From a virus (lineage: Duplodnaviria > Caudoviricetes): DNA of 37,357 bases. Position 1 is the stretch's first letter; every line of letters starts with the position of its first letter. The notes below the pieces were generated by a model. That model did not search any database, had not been told where the DNA came from, and was given only the letters and a program-made list of their open reading frames with translations. The stretch is taken from the IMG/VR virus record IMGVR_UViG_3300031520_000199, positions 1 to 37,357 of that record; one strand, written 5' to 3'. Positions 28,163 through 35,838 of this stretch are shown piece after piece. A program made the position numbers and the translations under genes.

Positions 28163-28915
28163 TTAAAGAGGCATTTTGCGCAGGACGCACATGAACTCGG
28201 CCCCGTTGGGTGTCAGCCGTTCCACCTGAACGGAAGCGAGATGCGCCAGGTGGTCGACCACCTCGCGAAACGTTTCCACTGTCCAAACGTGGTAATGCGT
28301 GTCTTCATCGGCCTCCAGCGCCTGGTTGACGCGAGATTCCAGTGCGGAGTCTTGCAGGCCGTGCCGGTGCGCGAAAAACTCCGCAAAGTGTCCTCGTCGG
28401 GACCAGGCAGGCCCATCTTCGTAATCGCGCACCACGTGGCTTAGAGGAGTCAACGGGCGACCGGCATCAAACGTGTGCCGCGCGTCGGGGATAGCCAGAA
28501 ACAGGATGCCCCCAGGCCGCAGGACGCGCAGATGGCTGAGCAGTGTCCCTATCGGGTCTTGGCAGTGCTCCAGAAAGTGGTTGGCGACCACGAAGCCCTG
28601 CGAGGCATTCGGGATTGTTTCCAGGTGTTCGCCATCGTCAATGATGTCCACATGAACGAGTGGCTGACCGTCTAAGTCCGTATAAAGTGCGCGTGATTGC
28701 TCTCGTGTGCGGCGGTCCACATACGAGACCTGCACGCCGTGCGGCAGGGGCTGAGGAAAGTTCAGCGCGCCGATCTCCAACCCGCGCCCTTGCAGAAACT
28801 CAGCGGCGAGCCGACACCGCACGGCGCTGTGGGGATGCGGGCCGGGAAATTGCCGAAAATAAGCATGGGCCAGAGGGCGAAGCATTTCCCTTAGCCGCTT
28901 GATGGGGTTAGACAT
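28163..28915 (-). CDS. Class I SAM-dependent methyltransferase (moron)
   Basis: GRGLEIGA, NHFLEH, LRVLRPGGILFLAIPD; antisense to the tail operon. Confidence 0.9.
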   Translation of the reverse strand: MSNPIKRLREMLRPLAHAYFRQFPGPHPHSAVRCRLAAEFLQGRGLEIGALNFPQPLPHGVQVSYVDRRTREQSRALYTDLDGQPLVHVDIIDDGEHLETIPNASQGFVVANHFLEHCQDPIGTLLSHLRVLRPGGILFLAIPDARHTFDAGRPLTPLSHVVRDYEDGPAWSRRGHFAEFFAHRHGLQDSALESRVNQALEADEDTHYHVWTVETFREVVDHLAHLASVQVERLTPNGAEFMCVLRKMPL

Positions 28916-28943
28916 ACGCTTATTCTGACAGAGAAGGAGAATT

Positions 28944-29315
28944 ATGGCAACCATCGTTACCCCTGGCACGTTCGCGCTGCCGGCAGTCAGTGACAACGGC
29001 AGCCGCTGCGTCAATGTAGATTTCGTCGTGTTCGCCGAGGCAAGCGAGAATGCGGGCGACCAGTCGCAGGCGCAGGTGATCGCCGAAAGCGTGCATCCAG
29101 GCGGCTGGGCAGCTACCCTCTCCGCCGACTTGACGCAGATCACCATCACCATGCCGGTGGGCACTGCGCCGGGCCTTTACTCCGCGCACCGAACTGTGCC
29201 GGGCAGCAGCACGCAGAGCGAAGGCGCTTTTTTCCGCGTCCAACCCGTTCTGACGCTGACGGCCACGCCACAGATCGTGGGTGGCAAGCCGTCGATTTTG
29301 CTTCAGGGACAGTGA
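28944..29315 (+). CDS. Ig-like beta protein ending in two FN3-like strands
   Basis: RBS AAGGAG; TQITITMPVGTAPGLY; C-terminus LTLTATPQIVGGKPSILLQGQ. Confidence 0.7.
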   Translation: MATIVTPGTFALPAVSDNGSRCVNVDFVVFAEASENAGDQSQAQVIAESVHPGGWAATLSADLTQITITMPVGTAPGLYSAHRTVPGSSTQSEGAFFRVQPVLTLTATPQIVGGKPSILLQGQ

Positions 29316-29370
29316 CCGTTTCGACCCGTAGATGTGGCCTAGACCATGACAATGCCCAAGATTAACAGAC

Positions 29371-29397
29371 AGTCAGCCCTTGCGGGCTGGCTTTTTT
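29371..29397 (+). terminator. Rho-independent terminator between the tail and lysis genes
   Basis: AGTCAGCCC-TTGC-GGGCTGGCT followed by TTTTT. Confidence 0.75.
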
Positions 29398-29542
29398 CAT
29401 TGCTGCGGTGGCCTTCGGCGGAGACTACGGAGAGTTTTTGCCTGCGCGTCGCTGCGTGGTGGGTGCTGATGCTCGCGCCGGGTCTGCACCTGTTTGCCAG
29501 TAACCCGGCGTTCCTCGCCCGCGTCGGCGCGGAGGTGTCACC

Positions 29543-30214
29543 ATGCAACAGCCCCTCCTGATGGGCCTGATGGCCGGCCTGTTCGCCTTGACGACTGCCA
29601 TTTTGACGCTGATTGGCGTGCTGGTTGCCACCAAGTCCAGCTTCAAGTTGGGGAAGCGCAGCGGCGATGTGCAGCAGCAATCGGCGGACACCACGCGCAT
29701 TGAGCAGCTTGTCGGGGAGACAGAGGCGCTGCGCAAAGAAATACGGGCGCTTTGGGCCGACAACACCGATTTGCGCCACAAGTTCGAGATGGCCGAAAAA
29801 GGCCACGAAGGCGAACGCGACCTGTGGGCGGCAGAAAGGCGCACGCTGACCGACAGGCAGGAAGCCGAGAAAAGCGCCACGACAGAGCGGCATCAGGCTG
29901 AGAAAAGCGCCACGACAGAGCGGCATCAGGCTGAGAAACTCGCGATGATTGACCACGCCGCCGCTGAGCTGCGGCAGGTGGCGACCGAGACGGTCAGCCT
30001 GCGGGCCGAAAACGCCGACCTGCGCCAAAAACTTGCAGAGACGGCCACGCAGATGGGACGCACGCAGGCCGAATTGGAGGCAGCGGTGCGGGGGCAAGCG
30101 CAGTCGGAAGCCGCACTGTCACAGGCACGGCGCACCATCACCGAAAAATTGCACGGCTCGGAAGATAATTGCTCGGAAGATAATTGCTTGGAAGATAAAG
30201 GAAAAACGCTATGA
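29543..30214 (+). CDS. Membrane-anchored coiled-coil protein (lysis module)
   Basis: RBS GGAGG; one N-terminal TM; long coiled coil with an 11-aa tandem repeat. Confidence 0.75.
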   Translation: MQQPLLMGLMAGLFALTTAILTLIGVLVATKSSFKLGKRSGDVQQQSADTTRIEQLVGETEALRKEIRALWADNTDLRHKFEMAEKGHEGERDLWAAERRTLTDRQEAEKSATTERHQAEKSATTERHQAEKLAMIDHAAAELRQVATETVSLRAENADLRQKLAETATQMGRTQAELEAAVRGQAQSEAALSQARRTITEKLHGSEDNCSEDNCLEDKGKTL

Positions 30215-30477
30215 AGTTTAATTTGTTGAAGATTAATTTATTGAAAACGCTGGGCCTGGCCCGGCTGCTCCATGGCCCCGTGCTACGCGATCCGCTCTTG
30301 AAAGCCCTCGCGCAGGCGGAAATCAATCGCGCCCTGGACGCCGCCCGGCCCGCCCTTAAGGGCGCGGCAGCCGACGCTTTAGGGGCACTGCCGCACGGAC
30401 ACCTCTACGACCAGGCGCGCGAGGACGCGGTGAAAGTGGTTGGGCAGGTGATTGACAACTGGCAGGTGACCCTATGA
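30211..30477 (+). CDS. Hypothetical lysis-module protein
   Basis: ATGA overlaps on both sides. Confidence 0.6.
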   Translation: MKFNLLKINLLKTLGLARLLHGPVLRDPLLKALAQAEINRALDAARPALKGAAADALGALPHGHLYDQAREDAVKVVGQVIDNWQVTL

Positions 30478-30728
30478 AAAGTGAAACTATGAAAAACGCA
30501 GCACATCTGGCCGCCCTGATTGGGCTGGCTCTCATCTATGGCGCGGCGGGCTTTTGCGTCGTCTACGCCTCGTCCAAAAACGTATGGGCGGCGGCGGCGG
30601 CGGGGCTGACCGCGATGGCGGGCTTTTTTGACCCTAAATCGGGGCAGGGCAGCAAGGCGGAGCTGGCCCGCACCATTGTGCAGCAAGTGAATGGGGATCA
30701 AACGCCGGCGGGAGACGCCGCCTCTTGA
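30474..30728 (+). CDS. Putative holin (2 TM)
   Basis: Two hydrophobic segments; two Lys-followed starts (30474 MKS, 30489 MKN). Confidence 0.6.
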   Translation: MKSETMKNAAHLAALIGLALIYGAAGFCVVYASSKNVWAAAAAGLTAMAGFFDPKSGQGSKAELARTIVQQVNGDQTPAGDAAS

Positions 30729-30739
30729 CATAGTCTCCC

Positions 30740-30859
30740 TTGACACTCCGCGACTTCGCCCTCAACATCATGGACAGCCTGGCCGCAAGCATCGCGCTTG
30801 TGGCCTTTTTGCTGCCTCGCCTCAAGAATCTGCCTCGCCTTAAGAATTGGAGAACCTGA
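30740..30859 (+). CDS. 39-aa membrane peptide (below the ORF-track cutoff)
   Basis: TTG start; ...SLAASIALVAFLLPRLKNLPRLKNWRT; stop abuts the next ATG. Confidence 0.35.
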   Translation: MTLRDFALNIMDSLAASIALVAFLLPRLKNLPRLKNWRT

Positions 30860-31288
30860 ATGTACGAACTATCCCCGAAAGAAACACTGCTGCCCCGTGC
30901 GGTCGCGTATCTGAAGTCCCAAGAGGACGTAAAGGGCAAATGCCTGTATTACTGCCGCCTGGCGCTCGCGCTCATTGGCGTTAGCCTGCCGACCGCCGAT
31001 TTGCTGATCAGCAAATACGGGCACTCCACCGCCATCAACGCCTATCACGTCATCAGCGCCGACCCATCCGCGTATGGCCTGGTGCGTGTCACACAACCCT
31101 CGGTGCATCCTATTATCCTCTGCTACTACGACAACTGCGGCAGAGACGAAAATGGCCTGGAGTGCGGACACGTCGCGCTGTGGGAGCAGGCCACGGATAT
31201 TCTGCGGTCGTCCAAAGATTATCCGAACTCCGGCTACTTCAAGTCCCGGCTGGTCGGAATGTTCGTGCCCGCGCCAAAGACATCCTGA
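30860..31288 (+). CDS. Putative endolysin, CHAP/NlpC-P60-like Cys-His peptidase
   Basis: GKCLYYCR and GHVALW; RBS GGAG; last gene of the late operon. Confidence 0.65.
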   Translation: MYELSPKETLLPRAVAYLKSQEDVKGKCLYYCRLALALIGVSLPTADLLISKYGHSTAINAYHVISADPSAYGLVRVTQPSVHPIILCYYDNCGRDENGLECGHVALWEQATDILRSSKDYPNSGYFKSRLVGMFVPAPKTS

Positions 31289-31410
31289 GACCTGAAAGCT
31301 ACCTGTAACACCATGTGACAGGATCGCTTTCAGGCTGGACACCAACCGCCCCTGGCAGCGCAAACCAGGGCGTTTACATAGCATCGTGGCCTGCGGGTCA
31401 CATTGGACGC

Positions 31411-31446
31411 AAAAGGCCCGTAGGAACGCTTCCTACGGGCCTTTTT
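31411..31446. terminator. Bidirectional terminator between the late and early operons
   Basis: AAAAGGCCCGTAGGAA-CGC-TTCCTACGGGCCTTTTT. Confidence 0.9.
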
Positions 31447-31607
31447 GCGCTTTCGGCTGTGCGGGCCGGTTTTGATTTGCGGGCCGGTTTTGATTTGTGC
31501 GGGCCGGAATTGCACCGGCTGCTGCTTTCGTCGGAACCACCGGCAGGGCGTCTATAGCCAGAACCTGCCAGCGGAACAGAGGGACGATCATTAGCTAAAG
31601 GGCAGCA

Positions 31608-31687
31608 GCAACGTCATTCTGCGTGTCACTGTCCACGCCGCCGCACAGTCGTTTCAATCCTCACCCGGCCCGTAGACCCGGTGCAAC
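31608..31687 (-). CRISPR. Type I-C-like solitary repeat / mini-array
   Basis: Minus strand GTTGCACCGGGTCTACGGGCCGGGTGAGGATTGAAAC (31687-31651), a 38-nt spacer (31650-31613), then GTTGC (31612-31608), identical to the repeat start. Confidence 0.8.
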
Positions 31688-31691
31688 TCTA

Positions 31692-31955
31692 TCAGGGGGA
31701 CAAACCCGGCTCCTTGAGCAGCTCCCGGCGCACCTGATCCCGCGTGTCGCTGCGGACGGTGACGGTGTGCATCAGCCACCGCAACCGCTCATACGGGCCG
31801 GGGTTGTCCCCGTGCATGAGCAGGACGTGGTCTTTGGCGGCCTTGATCTGCGCTTCCACCCACTGCCCAGCCTGCTCCCATATTCTCACACGCTGCGCGG
31901 GTGTCGATCCCCCCCAAAGCACCCCCCATAAACGCTGCCATTCTTCATCTGGCAC
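31692..31955 (-). CDS. Hypothetical protein, last gene of the leftward operon
   Basis: GTG after GGGGA; stop 4 nt before the CRISPR repeat. Confidence 0.6.
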   Translation of the reverse strand: MPDEEWQRLWGVLWGGSTPAQRVRIWEQAGQWVEAQIKAAKDHVLLMHGDNPGPYERLRWLMHTVTVRSDTRDQVRRELLKEPGLSP

Positions 31956-31995
31956 ACTCCCCGACCTTTCTGCGGCTCAGGAATATTATATCACA

Positions 31996-32238
31996 TTACG
32001 GCCTGACCTGCTCCTGCGCCGGGTCGCCGCCTGGCCTGCGCCTGCCGCTGGACGGATGCCGATACCACCCGGCTGGCTCAGCTTCTGTTTCCGGCTCCCA
32101 CTGCGCCATTGCCGCGACAGCCTGCCACACGGTTTCGTAGTCCCACTGATCGTCCCAGCTCGCGCACGACGGTTCTTCTAGCGCATCTTCATCTTCGGCA
32201 ATCCAGATTATGATGCGGACGGTGACATTGGCGTACAT
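31996..32238 (-). CDS. Small acidic hypothetical protein
   Basis: RBS AAGGAG; rich in D, E and W. Confidence 0.65.
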   Translation of the reverse strand: MYANVTVRIIIWIAEDEDALEEPSCASWDDQWDYETVWQAVAAMAQWEPETEAEPAGWYRHPSSGRRRPGGDPAQEQVRP

Positions 32239-32250
32239 GGTTTTCTCCTT

Positions 32251-32499
32251 TCACGGAAGCGACATTTGCGCGGCGTCTTGATGGGACGGAGGGAGAGTGC
32301 CGACAGGGCCTGCTGTTTCCAGCCAGGAGTCCGGCAGGCGCACCGGCTCCATTTCCCAATATGACTGCGAGAAAGTCACGCGCAGGAAGATGCGCCCCTG
32401 GCACGACAAGATTTCCGGCAAAGATCGGCCTTCGTGGGGCAGAGGCTCTTCGGCCACAACATCGCCGCGCAGATCGCGCAATTTGACAATGGTGCTCAT
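32251..32499 (-). CDS. Hypothetical protein
   Basis: TAATG coupling to the upstream gene. Confidence 0.6.
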   Translation of the reverse strand: MSTIVKLRDLRGDVVAEEPLPHEGRSLPEILSCQGRIFLRVTFSQSYWEMEPVRLPDSWLETAGPVGTLPPSHQDAAQMSLP

Positions 32500-32693
32500 T
32501 AGCCGCGCTCGTATGTGGTGGTCTTGGTCAGCAGAATGGTGATGACGTTGCCGCGCGCGTCATAGCAGGCGGAAGCGAACTCCCAGCCGGTCGTGTGCGC
32601 GTCGCCCATCTCGGTAGGTGTCAGGGGACGCACCGCGCCGTGCGCGTCATGGATTGGCCCCACCTGCCGGTACTCGGTTTCAACAATGGTCAT
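32499..32693 (-). CDS. Hypothetical protein
   Basis: RBS GAGGAG. Confidence 0.65.
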   Translation of the reverse strand: MTIVETEYRQVGPIHDAHGAVRPLTPTEMGDAHTTGWEFASACYDARGNVITILLTKTTTYERG

Positions 32694-32807
32694 GGTCTTG
32701 TCTCCTCAAATGTAGCAGGGGCGGGCGGCGCCGTTTCCGTTTACGTCCAGTGTACGCCGCTCGCCCCCGCGCTAGAATGCCGTTTGTCAGAATGCCGTTT
32801 ACCGGCC

Positions 32808-33335
32808 CTACGGCGCGCTGTCTGCGCTGATTGTGGCTGTGGACGTGCCCGAAGGCGCGCTGATTGTCACTGTGGACGTGCCCGAAGGCGTGCCCCCGGT
32901 CGGCGGCGCGTCCCCGGTCGGCAGGGCCGTACTGGTTGGCGTGGGCGTGACTGTGACCGGAGGCGTGGTCGGTGGGGTCGTGCCCGTCGGCGTGGCTGTG
33001 GGCGTGACCGCCGTCCGCAGCTTGTCGATCAGCGCCTGCGCCGCCGCCACTTCGGGGGCGTCGTCTCCGAGCTGCGCTTTTTGGGCGTTGAGCGAGGATT
33101 GCAGCGTTTCAATGGTCTGCTGGTCGGTGGAGAGGATCGAGATGATCTGATCCTCTTCCGCGCCCAGTTCGGTTAATTTGTCGGTCAGTGCTTGTGACAA
33201 TGTTGGTTCCTTTCGTTGCTGGTCAAAAGAGCGCTGGGCGCTTTTGAGTGCCGCTGCCATCAGATAGGCGATATAGGTCGTGTAGGCCAGGACAGCCAGT
33301 TGGAGGATGTCGAAGGCGGTGAGTTTCGGGGGCAT
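32808..33335 (-). CDS. TM + coiled coil + Pro/Thr-rich protein; internal TTG start at 33200
   Basis: AAGGAG before 33335 and GAAAGGA before 33200. Confidence 0.65.
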   Translation of the reverse strand: MPPKLTAFDILQLAVLAYTTYIAYLMAAALKSAQRSFDQQRKEPTLSQALTDKLTELGAEEDQIISILSTDQQTIETLQSSLNAQKAQLGDDAPEVAAAQALIDKLRTAVTPTATPTGTTPPTTPPVTVTPTPTSTALPTGDAPPTGGTPSGTSTVTISAPSGTSTATISADSAP

Positions 33336-33360
33336 GACATCTCCTTGTATGTGCCTTGTG

Positions 33361-33861
33361 TTATGTCCCTCCTTTCGCGGGTGAGTGGTTGGAAAAATCT
33401 GTCAGCATCGGCAGGGCGGGCGGCATCAGGCCGCGCTGCACCCCCGCGTCAATTTGCGGGCTGTAGAACTGCGCGACGGTCTGATTGTTGGGCAGCACGA
33501 CAGCATAAAGAAACGCCTCATCCACATCCACAAGGTCATTTTCAATGGCCTCCAAAGTGGCTTTGACGTACAGCAGCAGCGCCCGCCATTTCTGCCGCAG
33601 GGCTTGTTCCAGCGCGGCGTCTTTGGAGACGCGGCGGCGCGTGCCACTGCTGGAAAACATCAGCTTGGGATCGCCAAGCTGTGGCAGGCGGATGGGCAGG
33701 CGCACGGTGCGACCGTTCAGGCGAAACTCAATGGCGGCCATGTTGGTTTCTTTGTCCCAGGCATAGGCGAATCGGTCTGCTCCGTAGCGGCGCAGGGCCT
33801 GCTCAATTTCCTGCTTGGATTTGTCCACCGTGACCGTGGTTTGATTGGCGTAGGTACTCAT
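33361..33861 (-). CDS. Conserved phage protein of unknown function
   Basis: YANQTTVTVDKSKQEIE...RQKWRALLLYVKATLEAIE...EAFL is a recurrent phage early-region family pattern. Confidence 0.8.
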   Translation of the reverse strand: MSTYANQTTVTVDKSKQEIEQALRRYGADRFAYAWDKETNMAAIEFRLNGRTVRLPIRLPQLGDPKLMFSSSGTRRRVSKDAALEQALRQKWRALLLYVKATLEAIENDLVDVDEAFLYAVVLPNNQTVAQFYSPQIDAGVQRGLMPPALPMLTDFSNHSPAKGGT

Positions 33862-34217
33862 GCTGTGCCCTTTCCCCAGGGGCGGCCTGCCGCATGGGCC
33901 TGCATCCGCACGACGGCGCGGGCTGCCAGCGCCACTTGCAGCATTTCCCAGGCCGCCGGGTCTTGTTTCTGCATTTCCGCTTCCTCGGCCTCGGTCATCA
34001 CGTGGGTCTTGGCGTGTCCCCCCTCAGCCCCGCCGTCCAGCACGTACACGACGCCGCAAAACAGGCACATCAGCACGCAGCCAGGCTGCGGCTGGGCCGG
34101 GTGCGTGGAATATCCCCCCGCTGCATTCGGCTTCACCTCTTTGTGGGCCACGTTGGTTTTGTCGCAGTTCGGGCAGACAATGGGCAGATCAACAAGGGGC
34201 AGATCACTGGGCGGCAT
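33858..34217 (-). CDS. Zn-finger protein
   Basis: CPNC...CLFC; RBS AGGAGG. Confidence 0.7.
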   Translation of the reverse strand: MPPSDLPLVDLPIVCPNCDKTNVAHKEVKPNAAGGYSTHPAQPQPGCVLMCLFCGVVYVLDGGAEGGHAKTHVMTEAEEAEMQKQDPAAWEMLQVALAARAVVRMQAHAAGRPWGKGTA

Positions 34218-34641
34218 GGGCAACCTCCTGCGATTTCAGCTTGCGTCCCCTGGCGGGTCGCTGAACGTAGTCTTCCGGCAGGGGAATGTGCGGCCACTGG
34301 AACTGCCATTCCCCGGCGCTGACATCCCGGATTTCCCCGGTGAAGTGGTTGACGCTTTGCAAAGCGTCCGCGCCGGCATCCTGCACCTCAAAGGTGCTTT
34401 CCGGGCAGTTTTGGCGCAGCAGGCCCGCCACAAACTCGGCAGCTTGGGCGCTGTGATAGCTCATCATCAGCCGGGGCACAGGCGGAGCGGCTCTGGACTG
34501 CCGCCCGAAGCTGCACAGCCGGAACCGACGGAGCGGCCACCACTTCTCGCCATTGGCATCGGGGCGCGGGGCGGGGCGAGCAGGCGCAGTATCCTGCGAA
34601 AGGCGCTGCAACAGCGCAATGCGACTTTTGGCTTGAATCAT
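34204..34641 (-). CDS. Hypothetical protein
   Basis: ATGA-coupled to the replication gene. Confidence 0.55.
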   Translation of the reverse strand: MIQAKSRIALLQRLSQDTAPARPAPRPDANGEKWWPLRRFRLCSFGRQSRAAPPVPRLMMSYHSAQAAEFVAGLLRQNCPESTFEVQDAGADALQSVNHFTGEIRDVSAGEWQFQWPHIPLPEDYVQRPARGRKLKSQEVAHAAQ

Positions 34642-35750
34642 GGGATATAACTCTCTTCCGCGCTGTCGCCGACGCTGGGCGGGCCGGGATCGCCGTAGAC
34701 GGCTTCCAGGGGTGTGACGCTCGCCATACTCTCCTCAATCAGGCGGCGCACCTCTTCGGGCGGCGAGGCGGCAAGGTCTGCTTTAGTGGGCACGGTCACG
34801 CTGTGATCGCGGAGCTTTCGTATCAGAATGGTGTCAAAATAAGCCCCCGGCTTGTCGGGGGGATTGCGGCTCGCCATTTTTCGGCGCGTGGCGTTTAGAG
34901 CATCGGTGATAACGCTGTCGAGGCCATTCCGATCAGCGATTTCCGCGAGCTGGAAATAGCGGGCTTCGCTTCCGATGTCCCGCAACTCGCGGGCCAGGGC
35001 GATGGCTTGCTGGACAAACCAGGCGCGGGCACTGGCGGAGAGAGGCGAGCCGGGGGGAGAAACAGGCCGGGAAGAAGAGGCGGGCGTAACACTCGCAGGC
35101 GTTACGCCGTTACGCTCCGCAACGTTCAACGTTGATTCTGATTCTAGTTCTGGAGAATCAATACTCGGATAACGTTGAACGTTATTCTGACCCGCGCGCG
35201 AGGGGCGTAACGCACTTGTAACGCTTTCCGGCGCGCTGCCAGCGTTACGCCCCGATGGGGCAGGCGTTACGGTTTCGCCTAAAACCGTAACGGAAAGCGT
35301 TACGGTTTCGGGCAGTTCTTGGCCGCGTTCTGCAAGCTCTTGGCCGCGCAGGGCTTTCTGCCGCGCCCGCCAATCCGCTTGCCGGTCGGCGTTGGGCGCG
35401 CGGGCAGGCGACGGGGCCGGGCCGCGCCGGGCGGATGAGTCGCCTTGTGCCGGCTCGTCCTCACTCAGCAGATAGGTGATGAGCAGGCCGGCATTTGTGC
35501 CATTCGGCTGCCACTCAATGAGGGCGATGTCCGCGCGGCTCCACTTTGTCAGCCGCCGCTCCCACTGCGCGGTGGTGAGGCGCAGGGATAGGCGGCAGTG
35601 CTCCACGCGGGCGGCGGGAACAAAGGCGGGCGTGCGGGTTTCGGCGGCGTAGCAGCACAGGTTGAGGAAATCCCGGTACTCATAGCCGGTGATCATGCGC
35701 TGGAGCGTGGCGTCAAAGGCGCTGCGAGAGTCTAGACAAAAAGTGCTCAT
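34638..35750 (-). CDS. Putative replication initiator (lambda O-like layout)
   Basis: N-terminal wHTH-like region, NADRQADWRARQK helix, repetitive linker (ETVT/SVT), C-terminal DKPGAYF motif. Confidence 0.65.
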   Translation of the reverse strand: MSTFCLDSRSAFDATLQRMITGYEYRDFLNLCCYAAETRTPAFVPAARVEHCRLSLRLTTAQWERRLTKWSRADIALIEWQPNGTNAGLLITYLLSEDEPAQGDSSARRGPAPSPARAPNADRQADWRARQKALRGQELAERGQELPETVTLSVTVLGETVTPAPSGRNAGSAPESVTSALRPSRAGQNNVQRYPSIDSPELESESTLNVAERNGVTPASVTPASSSRPVSPPGSPLSASARAWFVQQAIALARELRDIGSEARYFQLAEIADRNGLDSVITDALNATRRKMASRNPPDKPGAYFDTILIRKLRDHSVTVPTKADLAASPPEEVRRLIEESMASVTPLEAVYGDPGPPSVGDSAEESYIP

Positions 35751-35755
35751 GGTTG

Positions 35756-35838
35756 GTGTGCGGCTCGCGTCATCTGGTGTGTGCGGCTCGCGTCATCTGG
35801 TGTGTGCGGCTCGCGTCATCTGGTGTGTGCGGCTCGCG
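35756..35838. repeat. 23-bp tandem repeat, 3.6 copies
   Basis: GTGTGCGGCTCGCGTCATCTGGT at 35756, 35779 and 35802, partial at 35825. Confidence 0.95.

Noticed and set aside
23080-29315. Shufflon or diversity-generating retroelement acting on the tail fibre
   Set aside because: No reverse transcriptase, no template/variable repeat pair and no repeated inversion sites were seen.
29346-29561. 71-aa ORF before the lysis cassette
   Set aside because: It runs through a terminator and lacks an RBS; not excluded, but unsupported.
31452-31464. TTC followed by a 9/10 match to the spacer 5' end, as a self-target
   Set aside because: Short, mismatched at seed position 2, and plausible by chance in GC-rich DNA.
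35756-35838. 23-bp repeats as a CRISPR array
   Set aside because: Head-to-tail copies with no spacers.
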